Shown here piece after piece: positions 18,392 through 28,879 of a stretch of 64,000 bases of DNA (the stretch's first letter is position 1; every line of letters begins with the position of its first letter). The notes under the pieces were generated by a model that saw nothing but the letters and a program-made list of their open reading frames with translations, was not told the origin of the DNA and searched no databases. Source of the DNA: a virus; IMG/VR virus record IMGVR_UViG_3300010160_000045, positions 3,816-67,815 of that record. The stretch is one strand, 5' to 3'. The position numbers and the translations under genes were made by a program.

Positions 18392-21300
18392 TTATTTAGT
18401 TTTTTGTGATTCTAAAGCATCTATTGATGTGTCTAATATTCTATTTTGTTTTCCCCACCTCCAAATACTTTTAAACTTCATCCAAATTCCCTCTACGTTG
18501 TTTAGTCCTACTTCGTTGTCGTTGGGCGTGTTTGTTGCGTCTTGCTTTATCTGAACCTCGCTGCGACCATTGTAAAACTCCTCCTCTGACTTGTTGGTGA
18601 AGCTACTTGTTGTTGGTGTTCCTAAGCTGTCATAGCCCGACTTGTACTCTGTCCTCTTTAAAATGTCGTCTGCCTGTACTGACTTGTGTCCAAAGTGGAA
18701 ATATCTTCCCTCTGGGTTGTTGCATAGTCCCTCAATGTAAGGGTCTTGGCTATTAACTACTGAATAAGAAAAATTATTTATTATGGTTTGTGGCAAAATA
18801 TCGTCTGAGTCTACATTAGCCATTTGCAGAAAGTCTGCTCCAGAAGTGTCTACAATTTCATAGTTTTTTCCTTGAATTGTTACAATGTACTTTTCTCTCT
18901 CATTAACAATAAAAGGATTTGGAAATGTCGAAGTAATACCAACTCCATATATTATATAGTTAGCAGTAGAAACAAAAGCAGTTGTTGTTGTTTTTGTTTC
19001 TACTGCATAATACAAAGCCTCGTTTAAAGGGGAGTTATGCTCGTAGATTAAATTATTTTTTACTGGGTGAGAACTTAAAAAAGTATTGTTCCATTGTCCG
19101 TAAATTTTTGGAGAGTGACTCCTAAATGTTTTAAATTTATTGTCCTTCTCGTTCCATACTATTGTAAGTATTTTAAAGTATTCACTATCATACCCACTTA
19201 TAGTTTCCCACTCTGCACTTGGAGGGGTTGTTGCGTTGTCGTTTGTTAAAGACTTATATATTACAGGAAATTGCTCAAAGCCCCAAAATTCAGTTGTAGA
19301 AAATTTGAATTGCCCTTCTTGAAAAGTATCTCCAAAGGTTTCCTTTGGGGCAAGCCTTAATGTTGCAATATACTCCATATTAATATTATCCCAAACTGCA
19401 TGACACCCAAAGAATTGAGCAGGTGCATCATTGTTTGAGTATATATTTAGTATTGCAAGAGATGTGTCATTGTTTATCAATGAAGATATATCGCCTACAA
19501 TGTTGCTTGTCCCATCAGAGCCAAACCTCATTAAAGCCCCATTGTTAAAATCAATCCAAAAAACTATATCTTTTCCAGTTGGATTTTTACCTTTTTTAAT
19601 TAACCACTTATGCTCACAACCAAACTCTGTTAAGTCCTGTCCTGTCCTCTCAAGTATAGTTCCAGTACCTAAAAGCAATTGTCCTGAATTTGATACTATA
19701 TTAGCGGTATTGTCAAAGTATTGCGCTGTAAATCTTCTTTCTTGCCAAACCACAAGTATATTTTGACCAGATAGCCCAAATAAAACTTCCATGTGTACAA
19801 TAGCACCATACTTAGACTCTAATGTCTTCATGTCTTGTGGAAGCCATATTCTATTGCCGCCTGCTAAGTCACTTCCGAAGCCTTGATTGCTATAATATAT
19901 TGACGAAAATTGATTTGTTAGTTGTGTTAGATTTTGGTTAAATGCTACTTGGTTTTGAAATATATATCTTGGAGTAAATACATTGTCGTAAGTGTATCTA
20001 TCTCCGTTATATAAAGGGTCTGTAAGATAAGGATTTTTTAAATAATCTTCAAGAGTGTAATAAGGAAACCTGCCGCTTCTTAGTGCTGTATTTGTTCTAT
20101 TGAAAGAATAAAAAGAAACCACAAAATTATTTTCTGTAGCAGCTGTTGCAGGCGTTGTATTTTCTGCTGTTTTATAAGACGAAATAGTTGGGAAACAATC
20201 TCCACCATATATTTCGTATGTTGTTGCAATTGTGTGAGTGTCTTTATTAAACCATTTATTTTGCGGCAATACAAAAAATCTTGTTTGTTGTGGGGGCAAA
20301 GGATAAGCCCCTTCTGCTCCGTATGGTCTTATGTAATAAAATTCTTGAAAAAATAAATCTAAAGCGTCTGGATATAATAAATTTGCGCTTAGTTTTACTG
20401 CTGCTGCTTCCCTTATACTTATTTGATTAAAATTGGGCGGCACATAATTTAAGTAAGAAAATAGTGCAATGCTATTAGTTCCTCCTGTTGTTGAATTTTC
20501 TAATGATGTTATAGATGTCGATGTGTTTGATGTTTCAACAAAGCCATTATCAAAAAATGACATACCTACATTTGATATTTCGTAAAAAATGGTACTTGCC
20601 CTATTTGCTTGCTTTGATTTTAAGACATCTCCAAGTTTCCAATTAAACACAGCATTAACATTTTGATAGTCAGGAGAGTATAGTGCTAACTTGTCTAATA
20701 CAGGAGTATTCCCAACATCGTTTCCAAATTGAACATAATCTTTTGTTCCGTCATTAAACACACCAAGCCCAAGACCTGTTGTTTGAACTTGTCTGCTACA
20801 CAAAGCTCTTCCAAATCGAATATCTTTTATTACATCTTTTAACAATTTTCCGTCTGGAAGTAAATAATTTATATTTATAAAATACGCCTCTAAAAAATAT
20901 TGATAAGCAAATAAAATACCGCCACTTTTAGTACATACAGCATCTCCATTTATAAGTGAATTATCATCTGGGTCAAAACTTACATCATTAATCCAATATG
21001 TACTTGTTGGACTTCCGTTCTCCCAATCAATAAAAACACAAAAACGATAGTGGTCATAAGGCATATAGGACATCCACTCGTTAGAGCATTTTTCAATATT
21101 ATTTATACCCAATAGCATTGCGCCTGCTGTATTTACTATAGTATCATAAAATACAGCATCTCCTATAGGGATTTCTCTTCTTCTTACACCTAAATTTATT
21201 GTTTGCGCCCAATCCGTTAAGTCATACTCTTCATACAAGTTTACATTTGCTGCTAACATATAGTTATTGTAATTAAGCAAACTTTCTGCGTTCTCAAATA

Positions 21301-22921
21301 CAAATGGTATTTGCTCTAATAAGTCTGCGGCAGCGTTAAAACTTGTATATACCTCTGGGTTAAACCCATTGTCCCCAACATAAATAGTTTCTTGTCCGTT
21401 TATTTGAATTTCTGGCAATGAATAACCCACCCACGAGCTTGATGTAAACTCAATGATTCCAACTTGAACAGCCTCAAATATATCAAAAGGGATTTGCTCA
21501 ACAGTTATTTGTATTGCTCTGCCGCTATTTAATCCGTAGTAATGGTCTTTAAGTTCTGAAGAGTGAAGCCATAAAACATTTGAAGCCTTGCTGTAGGTTG
21601 TGTACGCACCATCGGCTGTCCTAAATCTTACAAATGCTGTGTAGCATGATTCTTTTTTTGACCCAACCGTATATCCAGTTTTTCCTCCAAAACCTGTTGT
21701 TGTAGCTACTGCTAAAGTTACCTTTGATGTGTTTGCGCCTAATTGAAGATTGCTTTCTCCTCCATCGCCTCCTATTGTGTCAAGGCTATAAATAGCGGCT
21801 GGATTGTAAATAGTTAAAAATCCATTATTAGCTACACCATATGTTCCATTTTTGTATATTAATCTTTTTATAGCATTTAATCCGTCACTAAAATTATAAA
21901 TTAAACCATTGCTTGTTATATCTAACCTTCCTTCTAATTCCTTATAAGTCCTAAAGTTTAGTTTATTGCTTCTTAATAATTCAATGTAACTCCATTTTTT
22001 AAGTATTTCATTTTTTTGAGCATACCCTATTGTAGACAATGTTCTGTAGTTTCTTACTACATAATAATTACCGCTTGAAGAAGCGGTAGATGAAAATGGA
22101 TTTATTGAACCATTGATTGAATATACAGTTCCAGAAATTTGAGTTAATGTTCCATTTCCTGAATAAATTGGCTGCCCAAAAGGAGACCCACCAACAACTG
22201 GATATATATAAACCTCCTCGAATTGTTCTATATCTACCGATGAAGCAAATGTTATAATTATTTCAGAAGAAGCAACTCTTGATACTACCGCTTGTATTGT
22301 TTCTGGATTTTTAATATTAGTTGTAGCAAACATTTGCTCATCTGTATTAATATTTGAAAAACAAACTGGTCTTAAAATTCCTACTTTTTCTGCGCTTACA
22401 GCATCAAAAAGAACATCTGTTGGGTAGTTATTATCTAAACTATCCGATATTGTTAAGTAGTAATCAGAAAATTGATAATAGTATATTGTTAAATTTAGGT
22501 TTAATGTATAACCAGTAGCAGAAGTTCCAGTAAATGATGTTGAAGCTAATTGAGTGTTGGCTGCAAATGCAGCTTGTATTGAAGCAAAGAAAGTGGCTGC
22601 TGTATCTCCAGTTGTATAAGGAATTGTCAATGCTCCTATGTAAAAGCCTTTATACTCAATGTTTATATAAAAACTACGAGTTGTTAATCCATATAAATTA
22701 ATTGTTGACTTGTACTTTTTGTCAGTTAAATCTGCTCTTCCTAAATCGTATGCAAATTCTGTATTATTGCAAGGTTGCAAATAACCATTTTCATTTTTTG
22801 CTCTTGGGTTTCTGTCTACAATGTCGTAACCATCAACGAAGTCTACTGGAGGCACATCGTTATAGTTTGCGTTAAGGTTTAATCCCCCAATCAATCTCTT
22901 TATAAACTTTATTGGTTTCAT
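18392..22921 (-). CDS. Tail stabilisation / tubular protein B-like (nozzle) protein
   Basis: 1509 aa, beta-rich. N-terminal 'IGGLNLNANYNDVP' and C-terminal propeller-like 'FGCEHKWLI...IVFWIDFNNGALMRFG'. Follows the ring proteins. Confidence 0.7.
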   Translation of the reverse strand: MKPIKFIKRLIGGLNLNANYNDVPPVDFVDGYDIVDRNPRAKNENGYLQPCNNTEFAYDLGRADLTDKKYKSTINLYGLTTRSFYINIEYKGFYIGALTIPYTTGDTAATFFASIQAAFAANTQLASTSFTGTSATGYTLNLNLTIYYYQFSDYYLTISDSLDNNYPTDVLFDAVSAEKVGILRPVCFSNINTDEQMFATTNIKNPETIQAVVSRVASSEIIITFASSVDIEQFEEVYIYPVVGGSPFGQPIYSGNGTLTQISGTVYSINGSINPFSSTASSSGNYYVVRNYRTLSTIGYAQKNEILKKWSYIELLRSNKLNFRTYKELEGRLDITSNGLIYNFSDGLNAIKRLIYKNGTYGVANNGFLTIYNPAAIYSLDTIGGDGGESNLQLGANTSKVTLAVATTTGFGGKTGYTVGSKKESCYTAFVRFRTADGAYTTYSKASNVLWLHSSELKDHYYGLNSGRAIQITVEQIPFDIFEAVQVGIIEFTSSSWVGYSLPEIQINGQETIYVGDNGFNPEVYTSFNAAADLLEQIPFVFENAESLLNYNNYMLAANVNLYEEYDLTDWAQTINLGVRRREIPIGDAVFYDTIVNTAGAMLLGINNIEKCSNEWMSYMPYDHYRFCVFIDWENGSPTSTYWINDVSFDPDDNSLINGDAVCTKSGGILFAYQYFLEAYFININYLLPDGKLLKDVIKDIRFGRALCSRQVQTTGLGLGVFNDGTKDYVQFGNDVGNTPVLDKLALYSPDYQNVNAVFNWKLGDVLKSKQANRASTIFYEISNVGMSFFDNGFVETSNTSTSITSLENSTTGGTNSIALFSYLNYVPPNFNQISIREAAAVKLSANLLYPDALDLFFQEFYYIRPYGAEGAYPLPPQQTRFFVLPQNKWFNKDTHTIATTYEIYGGDCFPTISSYKTAENTTPATAATENNFVVSFYSFNRTNTALRSGRFPYYTLEDYLKNPYLTDPLYNGDRYTYDNVFTPRYIFQNQVAFNQNLTQLTNQFSSIYYSNQGFGSDLAGGNRIWLPQDMKTLESKYGAIVHMEVLFGLSGQNILVVWQERRFTAQYFDNTANIVSNSGQLLLGTGTILERTGQDLTEFGCEHKWLIKKGKNPTGKDIVFWIDFNNGALMRFGSDGTSNIVGDISSLINNDTSLAILNIYSNNDAPAQFFGCHAVWDNINMEYIATLRLAPKETFGDTFQEGQFKFSTTEFWGFEQFPVIYKSLTNDNATTPPSAEWETISGYDSEYFKILTIVWNEKDNKFKTFRSHSPKIYGQWNNTFLSSHPVKNNLIYEHNSPLNEALYYAVETKTTTTAFVSTANYIIYGVGITSTFPNPFIVNEREKYIVTIQGKNYEIVDTSGADFLQMANVDSDDILPQTIINNFSYSVVNSQDPYIEGLCNNPEGRYFHFGHKSVQADDILKRTEYKSGYDSLGTPTTSSFTNKSEEEFYNGRSEVQIKQDATNTPNDNEVGLNNVEGIWMKFKSIWRWGKQNRILDTSIDALESQKTK

Positions 22922-23598
22922 TAAATGCCTCCGTATGAGTTTACACCATTATTATAAGTTCCTCTATATGAATATCCTGCTAATCCTAATTGCTTTGTTA
23001 TCGCAACGATGCTTACCTGCTCGTAATGGAAAACATCTACCTGCTCATTGTGTGTTATGTTTCTTCTTACGCTTGAATAGTTAGAAAATGCCTTGTACCT
23101 TGCGTCTCCAATTTTTAATCCTACCCAGTAGCTTGCATATCTTATGTAGTAGGGAAGATGAGCCTCTCTTAAAAGAGGGAAGCCATCTTCTCCCAATATG
23201 TAAACGTCACAATATATGTCGATAGATTCGTGAGGGAAGTCAGAAGGAAACACTAAGTATCCGTCCATTATCTTCCACCTGTCGGGCATTTTAAACCTCT
23301 CACAGTTGCCCTGAACTCCATCAAACTGAAAGTTAGAGTACACCATTGGGGTACACCCATCTGAACACGAAGGTATTACTACCAATACTGTCTTGTAGTT
23401 GCAAGGTAGCTGCGCCTTATGGTCACAAATGTCCAACGTAAACGCCTCCTGTGTTACATACTTATAGCTTTGAGCCTCTCTTACTGAATCAAGTATCATC
23501 AAGTCAATGTAAGCATCTTTCTTGGTGTCCATAATGTCGTAAAAAGCCTTTACTCTATCCCTTACAAATGTTAACGATATGGTAGAATCTGTGTTCAT
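22921..23598 (-). CDS. Tail ring/adaptor protein
   Basis: 225 aa, 'ICDHKAQLPCNY' and 'GEDGFPLL' as in crAss-like ring proteins. Position between capsid and nozzle genes. Confidence 0.55.
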   Translation of the reverse strand: MNTDSTISLTFVRDRVKAFYDIMDTKKDAYIDLMILDSVREAQSYKYVTQEAFTLDICDHKAQLPCNYKTVLVVIPSCSDGCTPMVYSNFQFDGVQGNCERFKMPDRWKIMDGYLVFPSDFPHESIDIYCDVYILGEDGFPLLREAHLPYYIRYASYWVGLKIGDARYKAFSNYSSVRRNITHNEQVDVFHYEQVSIVAITKQLGLAGYSYRGTYNNGVNSYGGI

Positions 23599-24209
23599 TA
23601 TTTAGCTATGCTTTTAGTTGTGTCTTGACTATCGCTTATCGTGTCTTTCGGTGTTCCCGAAGTTTTAGACTGATAGGTTGCAAACATCATATCAAATATC
23701 GTGTTTACTAAAGCATCGTCAATAGGGTACTCGTCATATTCAAAGTTAAATGTTGGTACTTTCATAGGGTTGACAGGCACATAGTTGGTTAGGATTGTTC
23801 CTACGCCATTGTTGTCTACCTTTAAATAGTCACCCTCCTTATAGTACTGAGTTATACTTGGCACTTGCTGATTGATAGTGTTTTGAAATTGACTAATAGT
23901 CACGTTCTCCCTAAACCTTGAACAACCGTTTGTGCCACCTACATACTCGTATTCATTCATTATGGCTGGGGCTACCTCAAAGTAATTGTACTTGCCGCCT
24001 TGCTCATAAGTTGACTTGTCAATAACTGACTTTAAATAGTTCTTGCCTGTTAACTCATAGCCCTTAATCCTAAAGTCCCCTAACACCTTTGCCTTTGAAG
24101 CATTAAATAAATCTAATATTTGCGCCCTGCGAAGCAATGTTTCGTCTGTAGCTATGTTGTTTCTTTCAACATATATTATGGCTGCATCTATAATTTGTTT
24201 ACAAGTCAT
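23598..24209 (-). CDS. Tail ring/adaptor protein
   Basis: 203 aa, 'DEYPIDDALV...DTISDS' C-terminus. Coupled to its neighbours. Confidence 0.55.
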   Translation of the reverse strand: MTCKQIIDAAIIYVERNNIATDETLLRRAQILDLFNASKAKVLGDFRIKGYELTGKNYLKSVIDKSTYEQGGKYNYFEVAPAIMNEYEYVGGTNGCSRFRENVTISQFQNTINQQVPSITQYYKEGDYLKVDNNGVGTILTNYVPVNPMKVPTFNFEYDEYPIDDALVNTIFDMMFATYQSKTSGTPKDTISDSQDTTKSIAK

Positions 24210-24215
24210 CTAAGT

Positions 24216-25334
24216 TTATTTTATAACCTCTGTTAACTGCACATCTTCTCCACTTGTATTTGTGGCAAAGAACAACAATGCAGCCTGCTCAATTATCATT
24301 CTACACATCTCTTGGTTGTAAAATTGAAGCAAGTCAGTTGTATCATTTGTAATGTCAATCTCCGCCTGTACTGTAATATAGTCTACAAAGTAGTTTGTAT
24401 TTGTTATGTAAGGGTTTGTGTTTACATCGCTTGAATAACAAGCCAACCTGTTTTCATTAGACTCATACAAAGGGAAGTTCTCTGTCGCTTGATATGCACT
24501 TATCTTTTGGTCTGATAGCAAAGGCTCGCAATACTCGTTGTGAGTCCTCTCAATTATACCTCCGCTTGTGTAAGTGCCTGTTACTGTAACTGGAGTTGTC
24601 AATCCTACATCATTGTAAAGCCTTATCTGCCTCTCTCCAACCTTCTTTACATACTTGTAGCCACTCAGTCCTGTTAAGCCACCAAATCCGCTAAACTTTA
24701 AGTACTCACCATTCCTAATATTGTTTGTTCCTAATGTTATCAAACAGCCACCTGCTATGTTTACCTTTACAATAGTTGCGTTGATGTTTCTTAAACACTC
24801 TAAACTTACTGCAAGTAAATGGTAGTAGTTGCTTACCCAATAATCTCCAACTACTTGACCAGAGTTAGCAGTATAAGTTCCTGACAATGGTGCTGCTGTA
24901 GTTATTAATACAGATGTATCAACACTTGTTAATGCGTCAGAAGCTCCAAATACTTGATTGTTTAGTGTAGTGTAAGTACCGCCAAGCACACCGCTAAATG
25001 TTATATCAACATTCCCTAAACCAAAGTTAAAGTTGTGGGGTCTATCAAAAAATACTTGATAGGTATTGCCAGTTGTATTAACTATGTTCGATATATGAAG
25101 AGGCTTCAACAACACTTGCTCGTTATAAGGAGCAAATGGGGTGTACGTTTTTATTAAGGGGCTTATCTCGTCTACTGACTTCTGCCTCGATATTGAAGCA
25201 TAGTTTTGTTCAAGGTTCTTCACAACCGACATACGCAAAAAGTAATTCTTTCTTGCTGCACTCATATAAGAAGCAGCATTTGTTTGTCTTACCCTTACAT
25301 CTAAATCTCTTGATAGTTGAAGTCCTGTGTACAA
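24216..25334 (-). CDS. Tail ring/adaptor protein with inserted beta-rich (E1 FCCH-like) domains
   Basis: 372 aa. Helical N- and C-termini with two inserted 'H(N/G)F..G.V.I.FSGV.G...LN'-type beta segments. Confidence 0.5.
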   Translation of the reverse strand: MYTGLQLSRDLDVRVRQTNAASYMSAARKNYFLRMSVVKNLEQNYASISRQKSVDEISPLIKTYTPFAPYNEQVLLKPLHISNIVNTTGNTYQVFFDRPHNFNFGLGNVDITFSGVLGGTYTTLNNQVFGASDALTSVDTSVLITTAAPLSGTYTANSGQVVGDYWVSNYYHLLAVSLECLRNINATIVKVNIAGGCLITLGTNNIRNGEYLKFSGFGGLTGLSGYKYVKKVGERQIRLYNDVGLTTPVTVTGTYTSGGIIERTHNEYCEPLLSDQKISAYQATENFPLYESNENRLACYSSDVNTNPYITNTNYFVDYITVQAEIDITNDTTDLLQFYNQEMCRMIIEQAALLFFATNTSGEDVQLTEVIK

Positions 25335-25347
25335 AGTATTGTATATT

Positions 25348-25378
25348 AAAAAAGCCTTAGCAAATTTACTAAGGCTTA
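25348..25378 (-). terminator. Intrinsic terminator overlapping a promoter -7 element
   Basis: aagccttag-caaattta-ctaaggctt hairpin followed by a T run on the minus strand. Confidence 0.6.
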
Positions 25379-25404
25379 ATTATTTTAATGTGTTTTTAAA
25401 TATA

Positions 25405-26370
25405 TTATTTAGCTGCCAATCGTTCAGCCTTGCGCTTTTCTTTATCTTGCGCCCACTTCAACAACATTCCCTCTCTCTCTAAAACAGCATTTATCAATGT
25501 TTCAGGCTTCATCACTCCCCTGCCCTTTATATCTAAATCCTTCGCCATCTCCTTTGCCCACTCCAACTGCTCTGGGGTTATGGTCTCAATTTCTTTTTTA
25601 GATTGAGCCATTTCTGCAAATAGTTCTACAGCACCCTCAAAGTTCTCTTTGTACTGAACCGATATAGGCAACTCAACCTCCTGCGCCTCTACTGCTTTCT
25701 TTAATCCCTTTTGAAACAAGTCTTCGCTTGTCTTGAAGTAGTAGTAAAGTTCAGTTAAACTGCCTGCAACCATTTTATTGCCATAGAAGTAGTCCTTTCC
25801 TTGCTGTGTGATAAGACCAAGTATAATTCCCTTGTTTACCGTAATGGTTAACATAGCGTCTGAGTCTTGCTCTAAGTTTACTACCTTGTCATAGTTTTGA
25901 TATGCAAATCCCTTTGTTGGGTCTAATAGTAAAATGTAAATCTCGTTAATGTCTCTGCCATTGATGTCCATTTGTAGGTAATGGCAAAGGTTATATATCG
26001 ACTTAATGCTTAAATTGTTGACAATGCTCATCACTCGGTACATTTCTTTAAGCTTCTTAACCTTTAAGTCCTGCTCCTCGCCAATGTTTACCATCTCATA
26101 AAGTGCCTGTGTTAAATTTGGATTAGACCACTTAGACTTTATTTGTGCGTGAACCTTTAAAATGTTTAACTCCTTTTCATCAATGTCTATGTCTATCCAT
26201 TGTGTTCCCTTCTCAAACTTTCTTGACCTTACTGCCGCACCATTCTTGTAATCTTCGTGGCTAATTGCCTTTAACTCTCTGTCATAAGCCATTACCTTTC
26301 CATCTGCTGTTGCAAATACATAATCCAAAGTGGTAGTCCACTCGACTAATTTCTTTAATCTTATTTTCAT
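25405..26370 (-). CDS. Hypothetical protein in the capsid module
   Basis: The likely start is ATG 26370 (MKIRLKK), because the promoter TATCTTTG at 26399-26392 overlaps the TTG start given in the track. Confidence 0.65.
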   Translation of the reverse strand: MKIRLKKLVEWTTTLDYVFATADGKVMAYDRELKAISHEDYKNGAAVRSRKFEKGTQWIDIDIDEKELNILKVHAQIKSKWSNPNLTQALYEMVNIGEEQDLKVKKLKEMYRVMSIVNNLSIKSIYNLCHYLQMDINGRDINEIYILLLDPTKGFAYQNYDKVVNLEQDSDAMLTITVNKGIILGLITQQGKDYFYGNKMVAGSLTELYYYFKTSEDLFQKGLKKAVEAQEVELPISVQYKENFEGAVELFAEMAQSKKEIETITPEQLEWAKEMAKDLDIKGRGVMKPETLINAVLEREGMLLKWAQDKEKRKAERLAAK

Positions 26371-26400
26371 TGTTTTTATTTTTTGTTTTGGCAAAGATAT

Positions 26401-26438
26401 AAAAAAATCCCCTACAAATTAATGCAGAGGATTTTTTT
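26401..26438 (-). terminator. Intrinsic terminator after the capsid genes
   Basis: aaaaaaatcc-cctaca...tgcagagg-atttttt inverted repeat with A and T tails. Confidence 0.7.
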
Positions 26439-26455
26439 AAAATAAAAACACTATG

Positions 26456-27475
26456 TTAAACGATGAAATCTACTAAGTAGTCTGTCAATGCTTGACCGTT
26501 TGTGCTTGCTGTGTAAGTACTTGCGATTAACGCTTCTGGAATCCAAACTCTGCATGGAGCTGTTCTCATAGCAGGGTTAGGTGCTACATCACTTGTGTAA
26601 AGTGGAGTAATGTCTACCGCTGAAAAGTTGTAAGTAGTAGCTGTTACCGTTTCAGAAGAACCATTTAACGCTGCATCGTTGTTAACAAACTCAGGCGAGC
26701 CAAAGTCAGGCTGTGCAATACGAGTTAATGTTCCTGCTAAACCTACAGCACTTCCTGTTCCACTTGCTAATGCAGGGTCAAGGGTTACTGGGTTAACCAA
26801 GTTAAAGGTTGTAGTGCTTAAATAAATAACTCTCCAAACTGCTCCATTGGCTGCTGTTTGACCTGTAAGCGTACCTACTCTTAAAGTAGAGCCTGTTACC
26901 AAACCATGTGCTACTGTTGTTTTGAAGATAATTGCAGTTGCATCTACATTTGCTTGTGTAGTTAAAACTAATGTTGCCATTCCGCTTGCTACAGTTACTG
27001 TTGTGTCTGCTACTTCGCTAACTCCTACAAATGGATTACCACTTGCTCCTTTGATTGTCAAGGTAGTCGTTAAACTTGAAACACTTACAGAGTAAGACAC
27101 TTGTAATCTGCTCGGTGAAGCAGAACTTACAAATCCACCACCATCTGTTGCTGCACCACCAAAGAAAGCATTGATGTTAGCTATTACATCTGATGCTACT
27201 ACTGATGTAGTGTTTGGCATTGAGAATGTTAAGTTGGTCAACAAAGAGTTAACTGTTTGCTGAACATCGAAAGCTAATGTGTTTGCTACTCCTGCAACTA
27301 AGGTTACTACCCAAATTTGCGGTGTTTCAACAAGGTTTCTTTGAACTTGTAAAGATTGCAAAGTTGATGTTCTGAATGGTGTAAGTCCTGTGATAGACAT
27401 TGAACCATTCGTCACAACAGCATCTCCATGAGTTGCTGCTGGACTATTGATTATTGATATATTTCTTGCGCTCAT
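26456..27475 (-). CDS. Auxiliary capsid/decoration protein
   Basis: 339 aa, T/V/A/S-rich, immediately downstream of the major capsid gene. Contains an 'AHGLVTGSTLRV' FCCH-like segment. Confidence 0.55.
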   Translation of the reverse strand: MSARNISIINSPAATHGDAVVTNGSMSITGLTPFRTSTLQSLQVQRNLVETPQIWVVTLVAGVANTLAFDVQQTVNSLLTNLTFSMPNTTSVVASDVIANINAFFGGAATDGGGFVSSASPSRLQVSYSVSVSSLTTTLTIKGASGNPFVGVSEVADTTVTVASGMATLVLTTQANVDATAIIFKTTVAHGLVTGSTLRVGTLTGQTAANGAVWRVIYLSTTTFNLVNPVTLDPALASGTGSAVGLAGTLTRIAQPDFGSPEFVNNDAALNGSSETVTATTYNFSAVDITPLYTSDVAPNPAMRTAPCRVWIPEALIASTYTASTNGQALTDYLVDFIV

Positions 27476-27500
27476 TTTTTCTTTTTTTTAAGATTATTAA

Positions 27501-28865
27501 TTATTGTAACATGAAATAACCACAAGGCTGTGCATTTGGAATAATCTTAGCAGTATGAGCTACTTGTCCTAATTCCACCGCATCCAATTGGCTAAATGCT
27601 TCTTGAACAAACTTACCGTTTCTGTCGATAATCCCTGGAGTGTAAGTCATCTTGATACCTGCGGAATTTTGTCCGTAAGAACCATAATAATCTTGCATAA
27701 TTGGAACTACATTTCCTAACTCGTCTTTCATTGAAGTTGCTGTAAAGAAAATTGCGCTTTCTTGTAAGTAACGACCTCCAACTGTTGACTCTGATTTGAA
27801 AATGTTCTTATCGTTGAACAAGCCGAAGTTTACAAATGTTAACTTACCAAGTGGAGTGTCAACTGAATCAAAGTTTAAGCCTGACCCTGCTAATACTGAA
27901 TTAACACCTGCTGTAAATTTGTAACCTTGTGCTGTTGCTCCTAATACGATGTTTGTACGGAACTTAGAACCACACATAATGATGATTTCATTGTAGTCAG
28001 CATTATAGTTGTCAAACATATCTCCTGCGATGTTGATGAATGTGTTCCAAGTAATAGGTACTGAACTGTTGATTGGAATACCACCTCTTAACTCACAAGC
28101 TTGCAAATAACCCATTTGAGTATTTGAAGTTTCGTTGTTGATAACCTGTGTGCCTAACTTGTCAAACATAAAGCCTGTTTCCATTTGGCATTGCATATCA
28201 TAACCTAAGTCCATGATTTGTAACATAGCCAATGCGCTTTCTGCTGAATCGCCTTTTGACATTGCTTGGTCGATGAACGTCTTAGGGAAGTCAATACGAG
28301 CTAAGTCTCTGTTTGTTCTGTAAAGACGTAAGTTATCCTCGATTAAACGTGGGATTACTTGACGACCTTTTTGCTTGCCAGATGCTCTGTCAGCTACTAA
28401 CTGATTACCTTCTGTGATGTAAGAACCAGTTGCCCAATCAGACGCATTTAAAGTGTCTGCTGTTCCATTGATGTCAATAGGTGCTAATGTTACAGATGTT
28501 GCAGTACGAGCGATACAGATACCTTGCTTTTGACCATTCTTGTTGTAAACGATTTGGTTTAAACGGAATAGTTCGCCTTGTGTAGACGCAATGTCAATCA
28601 CCAAGTTGTTTCCAACCTTTAAAGTGTTTGAGATTGGTGCGTTCAAGTTTGCAGCGTCCATAACCATAGAGTTAATCTTTAGGTTTGCTGTTGCACTTGG
28701 GTAAGATGGTGCGCCTAATTTATTGCGCAAGTATTCAGTTACAGTTAAGTAGTTGAATTTTTGTTGATGATAGGAATTTAGAAATCTAAATACCGTTGGG
28801 CTATTCAGACCTGCTGCTACCGCTGCGAGGGATATGTCTGTGCCTGTTTGTGAATTTTGTGCCAT
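27501..28865 (-). CDS. Major capsid protein
   Basis: 454 aa after the portal and scaffold genes. 'IIIMCGSKF...GLNFDSVDTPLGKLTFV' resembles HK97-fold capsid proteins of Bacteroidota phages. Confidence 0.75.
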   Translation of the reverse strand: MAQNSQTGTDISLAAVAAGLNSPTVFRFLNSYHQQKFNYLTVTEYLRNKLGAPSYPSATANLKINSMVMDAANLNAPISNTLKVGNNLVIDIASTQGELFRLNQIVYNKNGQKQGICIARTATSVTLAPIDINGTADTLNASDWATGSYITEGNQLVADRASGKQKGRQVIPRLIEDNLRLYRTNRDLARIDFPKTFIDQAMSKGDSAESALAMLQIMDLGYDMQCQMETGFMFDKLGTQVINNETSNTQMGYLQACELRGGIPINSSVPITWNTFINIAGDMFDNYNADYNEIIIMCGSKFRTNIVLGATAQGYKFTAGVNSVLAGSGLNFDSVDTPLGKLTFVNFGLFNDKNIFKSESTVGGRYLQESAIFFTATSMKDELGNVVPIMQDYYGSYGQNSAGIKMTYTPGIIDRNGKFVQEAFSQLDAVELGQVAHTAKIIPNAQPCGYFMLQ

Positions 28866-28879
28866 TTTTTTTAAATTTT

